NCBI GenBank assembly: GCA_964393205.1
Contig: CAYMSV010000002.1
Span: 226,767-290,766, forward strand
DNA length: 64,000 nt
Source: an uncultured Pseudomonadales bacterium
GTDB lineage: Bacteria; Patescibacteriota; Microgenomatia; UBA1400; PJMF01
Reading direction: 5' to 3'
The first letter of the stretch is position 1. Each line of letters starts with the position of its first letter. This document shows, piece after piece, positions 40,101 through 48,247 of the stretch. Below the pieces are notes generated by a model. The model ran no database searches. It had not been told where the DNA came from and saw nothing but the letters and a program-made list of their open reading frames with translations. A program made the translations under genes and the position numbers.

Positions 40101-43100
40101 AATGGCAGACATTGAGTTCGGTTCAGTTTGGTGCTCCTTCGGACTCTATTAATGATTATGCTCATATTTCTGCTGATATAACCATTGATCGAGAAAACCA
40201 ACTAATTTATGCTACTGCAGGTAATTTAAGACATGGTTTTTCAGTTTATGATATTAATACTGATGCTTGGACAGTTTTGCCAGATACGCCGACCTTAGCT
40301 TATTTTGGCTCGGCGCTTGAATATGACTCTAATACTGAGGCGGTTTATTACACGGCTGGTTATTATTCTCACCACTTTTTTAAATACGATGTTGGTGCTC
40401 AAGAATGGATTCAACTGAGCTCTTCTCCAGACCGTTTTTATTATGGTGGTGGTTTAACTTTAGTGGATGATTATTTATTAGCCTTTAGAGGTGAAAACAA
40501 CACTGGTTTTTATAAATATGATATTGCAAAAGATAGTTGGCTGGTTCCTAATAGAGGCTTATTTGGTCGAGTGTTTGAAACAAATAGTGTGTTTACCACT
40601 AACTATGGGGCAGACATAGTGATGGGAGATGGTGATAATTTTTATTTAACGAGAGGTAACTATGCTGATCAATTTGTGCGCTGGAATCAAACCACAGGTG
40701 CGATCACTAAATTAGCCAACACTCCTGCAGGCTTGCATAATGGTGCTGGTTTGGTTTATGACAACAATCAAAACAAAATTTATTTAACTGGTGGTACCTA
40801 TAATCAAAAATTTTATGTTTATGACATAACTAGCAATGTTTGGAGCGAAGAAACGGCAGATCCTACACCTCTAGTGACAGGCTATGGTTCTTCTATGGTT
40901 TATGATGGAGAACGCTACATTTATCTTAATCGTGGTAGTCATACCACCTCTTTTTATCGTTTTGATACACAAGGTGAAAGTGGAGCAAAGTGGGAAACAT
41001 TAACTAACGCACCCGCTGGTCTTGGTTATGGAGCTAAACTTTTATTTAGAGATGATCTTATTTATACGATGAGGGGTCAGAATGTGGCCAACAACCCCCT
41101 TTATTTTTATGATACCAACACTGAATCTTGGAATACTACTTTATCACCAATGCTATCACCCATCTACAACGATGCTTTTTTAGTTGATGGTAATGAAGGT
41201 CATTTTTATCTAGCTAGGGCTCATAATACTAGCGAATTTTACCGCTATTCATTAACTGGTGATTCGTGGCAACAACTAGCTGATATTCCAGCTCAATTAT
41301 ATGCAGGAGCTTCTGCTGAAAGTAACTTGGAAAACAAAATCTTTGTTTTAACTGGTTCTGGAACTAATAGTTATAGTGATGCTTTATACACCTATGTAAT
41401 GGAAACTGAAGACTCGGCCTTTGTTGAGGAGGGTTCTTATATTTCTCAAACTCATGATTTGGGTGGAGTTTATCGTTGGGCGGGCTTGGAAGTTACTCAA
41501 ACTACACCAAGTAACACTAGTTTAAATATTGAAACTCGCACCTCAGTTGATGGAGAAACTTGGTCAGATTGGGCAGGAGTAACTCAAGCCAAAGAACTTG
41601 TTAATGATCGATATTCCTATCGTATTAATTCTCAAGCCAACCGCTATATTCAAATTAAATTCGAGTTTTCGTCTAGTGATGGTGTATCTTCTCCTAGAGT
41701 AGAAGACTATACAATTAATTATTTCCAAGATCTTGATCCTCCTTCTAATCCACAAGACGAGGGTTTAAGTATTTATAGTCAGGAAGAAGAAGGAGAGCTT
41801 TTAGTTTCTAATGTTTGGTACAACCACGCCAATCCATATTTTGAGTGGCCAGAACCTGAAGAGAGTTATGGAGCTAGCGATACAGCAATTGGTTCTGGAG
41901 TAGCAGGTTATTATGTTTATTTTGGTTCAGATGAACTAGCTGATCCGGCTTTAGATGGTCAGTTTCAGGTAGACAATAGTTTTGAAGCAGATTCGCTAGA
42001 AGATGGAGAGATTTACTATCTGTTAATTAAAACAAGTGATGAGTCGGGCAACATTAATGAAAATATTTGGAACCCTTTTATTTATAAATATGATTCTAGA
42101 GATCCTGCTGCTCCAGAAAATTTAACGGCTGATCCTTCTGGATACACTGCTTTTAATAATTTTAATTTCTCTTGGGACGCTGTGATTCCAGCTGGCGCTG
42201 ACATTGTGGCTTATTGTTACAAAACTGGAGCTAGTGAGGGTGAATATGCTAGTGATCAGTGTATAGAGAGCACGACGGTTGAAGGCATTCCCTCATATAA
42301 GGTAGGAGTGAATACTTTTTATGTTCGAGCTAAAGATCAGGCAGGTAATTATAGTGCTTATGCTAATATTAATTATTTTTATGCTGATATTTCGGCTGCA
42401 CCTGCTCCGCCTCAAAATTTACAAGTTGAACCAGAAACTAGCACCAATAACTTATTTAGTTTTACTTGGGACGAACCAATGTCTGGTACTTTCTTGGGTT
42501 CAGCTTCAAATCTATCCTATCATTATAGTGTTAATGCGCTACCTACTGCTTTTAGCACTTCTACCACTAGTTTAAAATATTTAAATCCTGGTGCCTATGC
42601 AACTTTACCAGGTGAGAACATTTTGTATGTAGCTACTAAGGATGAAGCAGGTAATATTAATTACAGTAACTATGCTCAAGTTTCCTTTTTTGCTAACACT
42701 GTCGCTCCGGGTATTCCTCTTGATGTAGAGATTGCTGACGTTTCGGTCAAAAGTACATCCTCTTGGCGACTAGCTATTTCTTGGGATGAGCCAACAGACG
42801 CGGGTAGCGGAGTAGACAACTATCAAGTATATCGCTCTTTTGATGGAGAAAATTTTGATTTCCATTCTTCCAGCGGTGGTACTTCTTTTGTAGATACAAG
42901 GCTGACTCAAAAAACTCACTACTATCAAATTAAAGCTTGTGACAACACCAATAATTGTGGTGCTTTTTCTGATACGGTCAGTCTCTATCCAGACGGTCGT
43001 TATACAACAGCGGCTGAATTAGTCTCTGGTCCGACAGTCACAGATATTACTACAAAAAAAGCCATAGTTAGTTGGGCCACTGCTAGAACCAGTGATTCAA

Positions 43101-44233
43101 GAGTAGCTTTTGGCACTAGTTCTGGTGAATATGCAGAAACTGAGGTTTCTAGCTCTGAACATGTTTCCAATCACTCTCTAGAATTGGATAATCTATCTCC
43201 AGGAACTACTTATTTTTATGTTACTCGTTGGGTAGATGAGGATGGTAATCGAGGGGAGTCTGAGGAAGCGACCTTTAGCACCTTGCCGCCACCATCAACC
43301 ATGGAGCCGGTTGCCAAAAGTGTTGGTTTAGATTCGGCCCTGATCGAATTTACTTCAAAAAATGCTAGTAAAATTAGGCTTTATTATGGTGAGAGTTCAG
43401 CTTTTGGTGGACTTAAAGAAATTGCTACTGGAACAGCAGAAACTGTCCATACTGTAGAGCTAGATGGTTTAACAGATGGTACTAAATATTATTTTAAGAT
43501 CAATGCGGTGGATATCGATGGCACAGAGTATGAAGGAGAAATTCATGCATTCGAAACCTTACCTAGACCAGAAGTGTCTGATGTTGAAATAACTCAGGTA
43601 GTAGGAACAGCACAAACCACGCTTTTATTGCGCTGGACTGCCAATACTGAGGTTAGTTCAATTGTTACCTATTTTCCTTCTGATCGTCCGGATTTAGCTA
43701 GAGATGAGGTTAATATTGCGCTGAAAAGTGGTCGGCACCGTATGATTCTATACAATTTAGAACCACAAAGAGCTTATACCATCATTATTCGTGGAACAGA
43801 TGTGGCTGGCAATGAGGCTATCAGTGAACCACAGTTAATTACTACAGCTTCAGACACCAGGCCACCCCAAGTTTTAGATCTTAATGTTGAGTCAGAGATT
43901 ATTGGTGAGGGAGAAGAAGCTAAGGCGCAACTGATTGTTACCTTTAAGACTGATGAGCCAGCTAGTTCTCAGGTTGAATATGGTGAAGGTACAGGCACTA
44001 GTTATTCACAAAAAACCCAAGAAGATGGATCACTTAAAGCCAACCACTTAATTGTTATCTCTGGCCTGACTCCTGCAAAAATTTATCATTTGCGCGCCAT
44101 TGCTAAAGATGAAGCTGGTAACCTAGGTGAATCATTAGATAAAGTAGTGGTCACACCTAAAGCCACAGAGAATGCTCTAGATCTAGTATTAAATAATTTA
44201 CAATTTGCTTTTGGCTTTTTGAATAGAAACTAA
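37106..44233 (+). CDS. Giant (2375 aa) secreted/anchored surface protein: two arrays of ~47-aa Kelch-like beta-propeller repeats followed by multiple FN3 / purple-acid-phosphatase-N-like domains
   Basis: Signal/anchor MKKTRLPKAVSILTISTLSLLVAIICF. Repeats of the form ...Y..RG.....F(W/Y)RY......W..L...P... recur roughly every 47 aa at ~aa 80-600 and ~870-1400. The C-terminal ~900 aa hold FN3-like modules (P.AP.NL.......F.W.........V..Y.VY and ...V.LDGL..GT.YYF). Confidence 0.6.
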   Translation: MKKTRLPKAVSILTISTLSLLVAIICFKHFISNSQAGSLTITHQVDWEEGTLLDVEADSKEGEIKLSPLGTWGVQSLKSPNKPISVGSAFGTDGTHIYVVRGYGDITFWRYNPATDSWTDLANLPRGAYYGMDLQYLDGYFYAIFGGYQRSFARYSVADDSWEMLSSIPDLVHQGGSLTSDGTDIYATRGNNTQDFYKYSVDTDSWMPLAGPPAALRNGADITYIDGYIYTPRGSNTTTFYRYSVASNSWESLTNVPGTMYDDIDATTDGTYYYLPRQYNSTSFYRYDPSDNSWTTLAEAPLTSRYAGVQYVESTDLIYFFRGNGDYRFWKYDPSTDEFLGPSEAPSTLATGSDMVYHDEYFYVPRGANGQIFYRFDPSANNWTELENAPERFNDDVKGEAVGDYLYFFRGSNTLSFYRYHPTSNTWSTLADAPATVRFGASLVYPGTGDYLYATRGATTSTFWRYHIPTDTWLTDASDIPDNVRASYGSRLISDGTDIFFTAGIGIKRMFKYTVATGLWTELAALPYSPYYGSDISYANGKILALAGYYTPDLYEYTISSNSWKKLDSLDTYGPNDVGTYNGASIAYDPVGESYYVTRGYGQAELLNYTPGSTTYPITGTWTSPAYDLEYVESWSGISIGQETPDDTILLFQSRTSSDGLNWTEWQEITNDNVVSPVNRFLQLKITFSSSSDHELTPVVRDISFNYVGDQSPPAAPENFLGFSRQISGESLTSESSYRFTNPYFTWDAALDEQTAVQGYYVYFGQNEDANPEEDGFFQLNTNFQVNQTLETGTYYLKVASQDLAGHTSSTTTGFIYDYRGISPALTSTFSETGDFLGEVDSININNNYLQLSNNSEGFWLEERLTFPPASIQYAGKNAAYLAEEGKLYVLRGANNATFYEYDVSADTWSTLADAPGAVRFGGGVVEGPPGYLYAARGNNSTDFWRYDIEANTWDADIASAPLTISYGGSLVFDGEQYIYVLRGNNSNNFWRYDTFSDEWQTLSSVQFGAPSDSINDYAHISADITIDRENQLIYATAGNLRHGFSVYDINTDAWTVLPDTPTLAYFGSALEYDSNTEAVYYTAGYYSHHFFKYDVGAQEWIQLSSSPDRFYYGGGLTLVDDYLLAFRGENNTGFYKYDIAKDSWLVPNRGLFGRVFETNSVFTTNYGADIVMGDGDNFYLTRGNYADQFVRWNQTTGAITKLANTPAGLHNGAGLVYDNNQNKIYLTGGTYNQKFYVYDITSNVWSEETADPTPLVTGYGSSMVYDGERYIYLNRGSHTTSFYRFDTQGESGAKWETLTNAPAGLGYGAKLLFRDDLIYTMRGQNVANNPLYFYDTNTESWNTTLSPMLSPIYNDAFLVDGNEGHFYLARAHNTSEFYRYSLTGDSWQQLADIPAQLYAGASAESNLENKIFVLTGSGTNSYSDALYTYVMETEDSAFVEEGSYISQTHDLGGVYRWAGLEVTQTTPSNTSLNIETRTSVDGETWSDWAGVTQAKELVNDRYSYRINSQANRYIQIKFEFSSSDGVSSPRVEDYTINYFQDLDPPSNPQDEGLSIYSQEEEGELLVSNVWYNHANPYFEWPEPEESYGASDTAIGSGVAGYYVYFGSDELADPALDGQFQVDNSFEADSLEDGEIYYLLIKTSDESGNINENIWNPFIYKYDSRDPAAPENLTADPSGYTAFNNFNFSWDAVIPAGADIVAYCYKTGASEGEYASDQCIESTTVEGIPSYKVGVNTFYVRAKDQAGNYSAYANINYFYADISAAPAPPQNLQVEPETSTNNLFSFTWDEPMSGTFLGSASNLSYHYSVNALPTAFSTSTTSLKYLNPGAYATLPGENILYVATKDEAGNINYSNYAQVSFFANTVAPGIPLDVEIADVSVKSTSSWRLAISWDEPTDAGSGVDNYQVYRSFDGENFDFHSSSGGTSFVDTRLTQKTHYYQIKACDNTNNCGAFSDTVSLYPDGRYTTAAELVSGPTVTDITTKKAIVSWATARTSDSRVAFGTSSGEYAETEVSSSEHVSNHSLELDNLSPGTTYFYVTRWVDEDGNRGESEEATFSTLPPPSTMEPVAKSVGLDSALIEFTSKNASKIRLYYGESSAFGGLKEIATGTAETVHTVELDGLTDGTKYYFKINAVDIDGTEYEGEIHAFETLPRPEVSDVEITQVVGTAQTTLLLRWTANTEVSSIVTYFPSDRPDLARDEVNIALKSGRHRMILYNLEPQRAYTIIIRGTDVAGNEAISEPQLITTASDTRPPQVLDLNVESEIIGEGEEAKAQLIVTFKTDEPASSQVEYGEGTGTSYSQKTQEDGSLKANHLIVISGLTPAKIYHLRAIAKDEAGNLGESLDKVVVTPKATENALDLVLNNLQFAFGFLNRN

Positions 44234-44235
44234 TA

Positions 44236-44643
44236 ATGAAAAAAATTAAAAAAAACACTTGTTTTTCTAAATTCTGTAAAGCAATGCTGGCTGTTGCATT
44301 AATTATTGGTTTATTTTTGGGTTGGTTGATTTTTAATGCCAAAATAAGATCAATAGAAAGACACATTGAAGTGACTTTTGTTAGTCCTCATCAGGCTTTA
44401 GTTTTTTGGAAAAGTAATAGTCAGTCTTTAGGTTATATTAAATCTGGTGAACACAAGTATTGGCGCAGAACAAAAACTTATCAGACAAGCAGTGAGCCAG
44501 GAGATGTACACGCGGTTCTATTAGAAAATGTGCCGATTGAGGGTTTATATATAAGTGTTCATAATGATAACGATAGTGTTCACTATTTTCCAGACATTAT
44601 TGAAATTCGCTATCATCCCGAGTCAATGGAGAATGAGTTATGA
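44236..44643 (+). CDS. Small membrane-anchored protein with one FN3/PAP-N-like domain
   Basis: TM AMLAVALIIGLFLGWLIF, then VTFVSPHQALVFWKSNSQSLGYIKSGE, similar to the terminal FN3 modules of the upstream giant protein. Begins 3 nt after its stop and overlaps the ABC ATPase start by 4 bp. Confidence 0.45.
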   Translation: MKKIKKNTCFSKFCKAMLAVALIIGLFLGWLIFNAKIRSIERHIEVTFVSPHQALVFWKSNSQSLGYIKSGEHKYWRRTKTYQTSSEPGDVHAVLLENVPIEGLYISVHNDNDSVHYFPDIIEIRYHPESMENEL

Positions 44644-45467
44644 AAACTCAAACAAGCAACACATCAAACACTAGCAAACCAATCACTTTAGAGATTAAGG
44701 ATGTTCGTAAAACTTTTAGTATTGGTGATAGCGAAATAGAAATCATTAAAGGTGTGAGCTTTAATGTTCGGCAAGGTGATTTTGTTATTGTCTTTGGTCC
44801 CTCTGGTTGTGGTAAAAGCACAATTTTAAATATTTTGTTAGGGTTGGAGCCTCCTACCCAGGGGACGGTTAATTTTCTCAGTAAAGATCTTTATAAAATG
44901 ACAGAGGATAATCGAGCCCAAGTGCGTAAAAAAGAAGTTGGTACCGTTTACCAGCAGTCTAACTGGATCAAAGCTTTGACAGTAATGGAGAACGTGTCTT
45001 TTCCTTTAACTTTGCAGGGTGTAGATCAAGAAGAAAGGCGAAAACGAGCCGAAGAAGCGTTGGCGCTTGTTGAGATGACTCAAGCTATTGACCAAATACC
45101 GACAGAATTATCGGCTGGACAGCAACAGCGAATATCTTTAGCCAGAGCTTTGATTACCAAACCAAGTTTGCTGGTGGCTGATGAGCCAACTGGTAATTTG
45201 GATTCAAAGGCTAGTGAAGACATTATGGAACTTTTTAAGAGCTTTAATCAAAGGGGACACACTGTGGTGATGGTTACTCATGACTTAGAGTATTTAAAAT
45301 ACGCCTCACGCTCAATCCAAATATCCGATGGGGAAATAGTACAAGAACATAGAGCTAATTCAGAAACACTTAAAAAATTGTCTGTTTCGAAACGTGGCAA
45401 TATTGATTCCTCAAAAAAGGTTGAAAAAGAACAAGTGAGCGATGAAAAGAATGATGAAAAAAATTAA
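44640..45467 (+). CDS. ABC transporter ATP-binding protein (MacB/LolD/FtsE-like)
   Basis: Walker A GPSGCGKST. Q-loop. ABC signature LSAGQQQRISLARAL. Walker B LLVADEPTGNLD. H-loop VTHD. Confidence 0.85.
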   Translation: MKTQTSNTSNTSKPITLEIKDVRKTFSIGDSEIEIIKGVSFNVRQGDFVIVFGPSGCGKSTILNILLGLEPPTQGTVNFLSKDLYKMTEDNRAQVRKKEVGTVYQQSNWIKALTVMENVSFPLTLQGVDQEERRKRAEEALALVEMTQAIDQIPTELSAGQQQRISLARALITKPSLLVADEPTGNLDSKASEDIMELFKSFNQRGHTVVMVTHDLEYLKYASRSIQISDGEIVQEHRANSETLKKLSVSKRGNIDSSKKVEKEQVSDEKNDEKN

Positions 45468-48039
45468 TATTCAACCAGCTAAGATTGCTAAATTTTTTAA
45501 AAACTTTGTAGTTGAACTCTTGGTATTGCTTAAGTTTTTCTTCCTTTTAGCAGTGATGTCACTTTTTAGTCTTGTTGATTTAATTTACAAAATTTTATCA
45601 ATCATTCCCGGTTTGAAAAAATTCTTAAAAAAGAAAGTTAGTCTAAGAAAAAAGATTTTAGATTCGATTGATATTGCTCGTGAGGGTGAAATGACTGGTA
45701 GAGATATTATTCTTTTGGCTACTAAACATTTAAAAGTGAAAAAAGCCAGAACAGCAATTACTGTTGGTGGTATGACCATTGGTTTTGGTTCAATTATCTT
45801 TTTATTATCACTTGGTTATGGATTTGAAAGGTTAGTAGTTTCTCGAGTGACTAACTTAGGAGAGATGAAGCAAGTCGATCTCAGTATTGGTCAAGCTAGT
45901 TCTTTGACTTTTAGTGATCAAGTGATGAAGCAAATCTTAGATATTGAAGCAGTAGAAGAAGCTCTACCAATCGTTTCTTCGGTAGCCAGAGTGAGTTACC
46001 AAAACTCTGTTTCTGATGTGGTGGCTTATGGTGTCACTACTCGCTTTTTGACTGAGTCGGCTACTCGACCTAGCAGGGGCTCTATTTTTGAAAATGAACA
46101 ATATTCTGCTGAAGAATTTTTGAAGATGCAGTTAGAAAAAGAAAAGCAAGAGGCAGAATCAGCAGAGGAAGATGAGGATGGCGAAGTAGCTGGTATAAGC
46201 ATTGAAGTCAATGAAATGGTTGCTATGGGTCAAGAAAGTGCTCAATTAAGTTACTCGATTTATCCTTTGGTTTGGAAAGCAGTTTACGAAAGTCCTTCGC
46301 CCCAAGCTGAGATTATTGGCTACACTAAGCGACAGCCAGGAGAACAGCGAGCTACTGAGGTTTGGGGGCAACCTCATCCTGCCGATAAAGAAAAATTAGT
46401 TCAAAATGCAAATGGCAAACAGTTTAGCACTTGGATTCTCGACGATTTTCCATTGTGGGTGAAAACCACTTGCTCAGCTCAAGATTTGAATTGTATTGAC
46501 GGTGAATACATGAGTCTAAAAGAAGCTGCTCACCAAGCAGTCAAAACCGGATACATCACCAAAGATTCTGTTACCTTGGAAAGGTTTAATATTATTTCGG
46601 TTTCAAAACCGGTATTTGTAGAGGGACAAAGTTTGGGAGAAGTTGAAATAAAAGTTGATCATGACGATTGGTATCAACTTTATAGTCAGCCTAAAACTTC
46701 TTCTCTGATTTTGCTTGAATTCACAAAATTTAGCAAACCTTTGACAGAAACAATTAAGGCAGAATTGGTCATTGGAGAAATGTATTATGGAAAATATGGT
46801 TCAGTTGCTGAAAATGCTTCAGGAAGAAAGTTAGGTTACTGGTTAAAAGCTCAGTGGCCAGTTTGGGAACGGATTGATTGTGGTGAAGGTTGTGACCAAC
46901 ACTTTCTAAGTAAGAGAGATAGTAATAATTCTCAAGAAATGCTCACGGCCTACATACGAGCAGAAGATTTAGAATTATTAGATTTACCTCTTAGTTTGGC
47001 TCGTTCAGGTCAGGTTTTGGGAGAGAGTACAGTCGCAGCTGAAGAAGATGAACTTGCGCTTGATACGGCTACGGTCAGTAGCGGTTTAACAGCAACAGCA
47101 TCAGCCGGAGTTAGTCAAAGCGGAGATGCAGATATTAATAGTTTATTGGCAGAATTTAGCGAAGACGAAGATTTAGAATTAGTTGAAATTATATCGCAAC
47201 TTGAAACGGTTAATCGCGTTGAAAAAATAGTTATGCCTTTTAGAAGTGACGCAAAAAAAGTAGCCTTAGTTAATAAATCAATGTTAAATCTCTTAGGAAT
47301 TGATGAAAATTCAGCTTTGGGAGAAACTTTTACTGCCACTTTAGTTTTTGATGGTAAATTATTTAACCAGTCTGAGTCACTAGTTGAATCAGACGAAGTA
47401 GAGATGACTATTGCTGGAGTTTTGCCAGATGATAAGACTCCAGCCTTCTATTTGCCATTTAGCGATGTTAAGGGTACCGGTATTAGCAATTACTCTCAGG
47501 CAAAAATTATTATTGGTGATCAGGATAAGTTAGCTGCAAGCAGGCAGGAAATTGAAGGAATGGGTTTTCGGACTAATTCGGTGGTAGATACAGTAGAGAG
47601 AATAAATAACTTATTCAAGAGTCTGAGACTAGGCTTATTAGTCTTTGGCTTAGTGGCTTTAAGTGTGGCGGCACTAGGAATGTTTAACACTTTAACGGTG
47701 TCTTTATTGGAGAAAACTAGAGAAGTGGGTTTGATGAAGGCGATAGGTATGAAATCAGAAGAGGTCAAGATGTTATTTTTAGCAGAATCAGTAATTATGG
47801 GTTTCTTTGGTGGAATTTTAGGTTTAATTTTTGGCTTTTTACTCGGTCAGGTTTTAAGTATAGTTTTAAGCAGTATTGCGGTAGCCAGTGGTTTTGATCC
47901 AATTGCAGCCACTTATATTCCTATTAATTTAGCTTTAGCCATTATTGGATCTTCTTTTTTGATTGGAGTTGGTACTGGTTTTTATCCGGCATATCGGGCC
48001 ACTCATATTTCAGCCTTGAATGCTTTGAGGTATGAATAA
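45442..48039 (+). CDS. ABC transporter permease, FtsX/MacB-type, with ~600-aa extracytoplasmic domain
   Basis: A TM near aa 100-125, then a long hydrophilic domain. The C-terminal three-TM FtsX-like module (LGLLVFGLVALSVAALGMFNTLTVSLLEKTREVGLMKAIG...). An extra N-terminal hydrophobic hairpin lies at ~aa 19-58. Confidence 0.75.
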   Translation: MKRMMKKINIQPAKIAKFFKNFVVELLVLLKFFFLLAVMSLFSLVDLIYKILSIIPGLKKFLKKKVSLRKKILDSIDIAREGEMTGRDIILLATKHLKVKKARTAITVGGMTIGFGSIIFLLSLGYGFERLVVSRVTNLGEMKQVDLSIGQASSLTFSDQVMKQILDIEAVEEALPIVSSVARVSYQNSVSDVVAYGVTTRFLTESATRPSRGSIFENEQYSAEEFLKMQLEKEKQEAESAEEDEDGEVAGISIEVNEMVAMGQESAQLSYSIYPLVWKAVYESPSPQAEIIGYTKRQPGEQRATEVWGQPHPADKEKLVQNANGKQFSTWILDDFPLWVKTTCSAQDLNCIDGEYMSLKEAAHQAVKTGYITKDSVTLERFNIISVSKPVFVEGQSLGEVEIKVDHDDWYQLYSQPKTSSLILLEFTKFSKPLTETIKAELVIGEMYYGKYGSVAENASGRKLGYWLKAQWPVWERIDCGEGCDQHFLSKRDSNNSQEMLTAYIRAEDLELLDLPLSLARSGQVLGESTVAAEEDELALDTATVSSGLTATASAGVSQSGDADINSLLAEFSEDEDLELVEIISQLETVNRVEKIVMPFRSDAKKVALVNKSMLNLLGIDENSALGETFTATLVFDGKLFNQSESLVESDEVEMTIAGVLPDDKTPAFYLPFSDVKGTGISNYSQAKIIIGDQDKLAASRQEIEGMGFRTNSVVDTVERINNLFKSLRLGLLVFGLVALSVAALGMFNTLTVSLLEKTREVGLMKAIGMKSEEVKMLFLAESVIMGFFGGILGLIFGFLLGQVLSIVLSSIAVASGFDPIAATYIPINLALAIIGSSFLIGVGTGFYPAYRATHISALNALRYE

Positions 48040-48041
48040 AG

Positions 48042-48113
48042 TGCCTCCACCAAGAATCGAACTTGGATTTAAGGTTTAGGAAACCTTCGTTCTATCCATT
48101 GAACTATGGAGGC
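48042..48113 (-). tRNA. tRNA-Arg (anticodon CCT), 72 nt, no encoded CCA
   Basis: Reverse complement GCCTCCATAGTTCAATGGATAGAACGAAGGTTTCCTAAACCTTAAATCCAAGTTCGATTCTTGGTGGAGGCA. A 7-bp acceptor stem, D arm GTTC/GAAC, anticodon stem AAGGT/ACCTT with loop TTCCTAA, T arm CCAAG/CTTGG with TTCGATT loop. Confidence 0.85.
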
Positions 48114-48156
48114 TGTTTAGCCAATTACGCTTTTTTATAATTTCTTTTTTATTCTA

Positions 48157-48233
48157 TGGTCGGAGATGGCGGACTCGAACCGCCGACCTCGGCGTCCCGA
48201 ACGCCGCACTCTAGCCATCTGAGCTAATCTCCG
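48157..48233 (-). tRNA. tRNA-Pro (anticodon CGG), with encoded 3' CCA
   Basis: Reverse complement CGGAGATTAGCTCAGATGGCTAGAGTGCGGCGTTCGGGACGCCGAGGTCGGCGGTTCGAGTCCGCCATCTCCGACCA. Acceptor CGGAGAT/ATCTCCG. Anticodon stem CGGCG/CGCCG with loop TTCGGGA. T arm GGCGG/CCGCC with TTCGAGT. Confidence 0.85.
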
Positions 48234-48247
48234 CAGCTGTGACGCTC

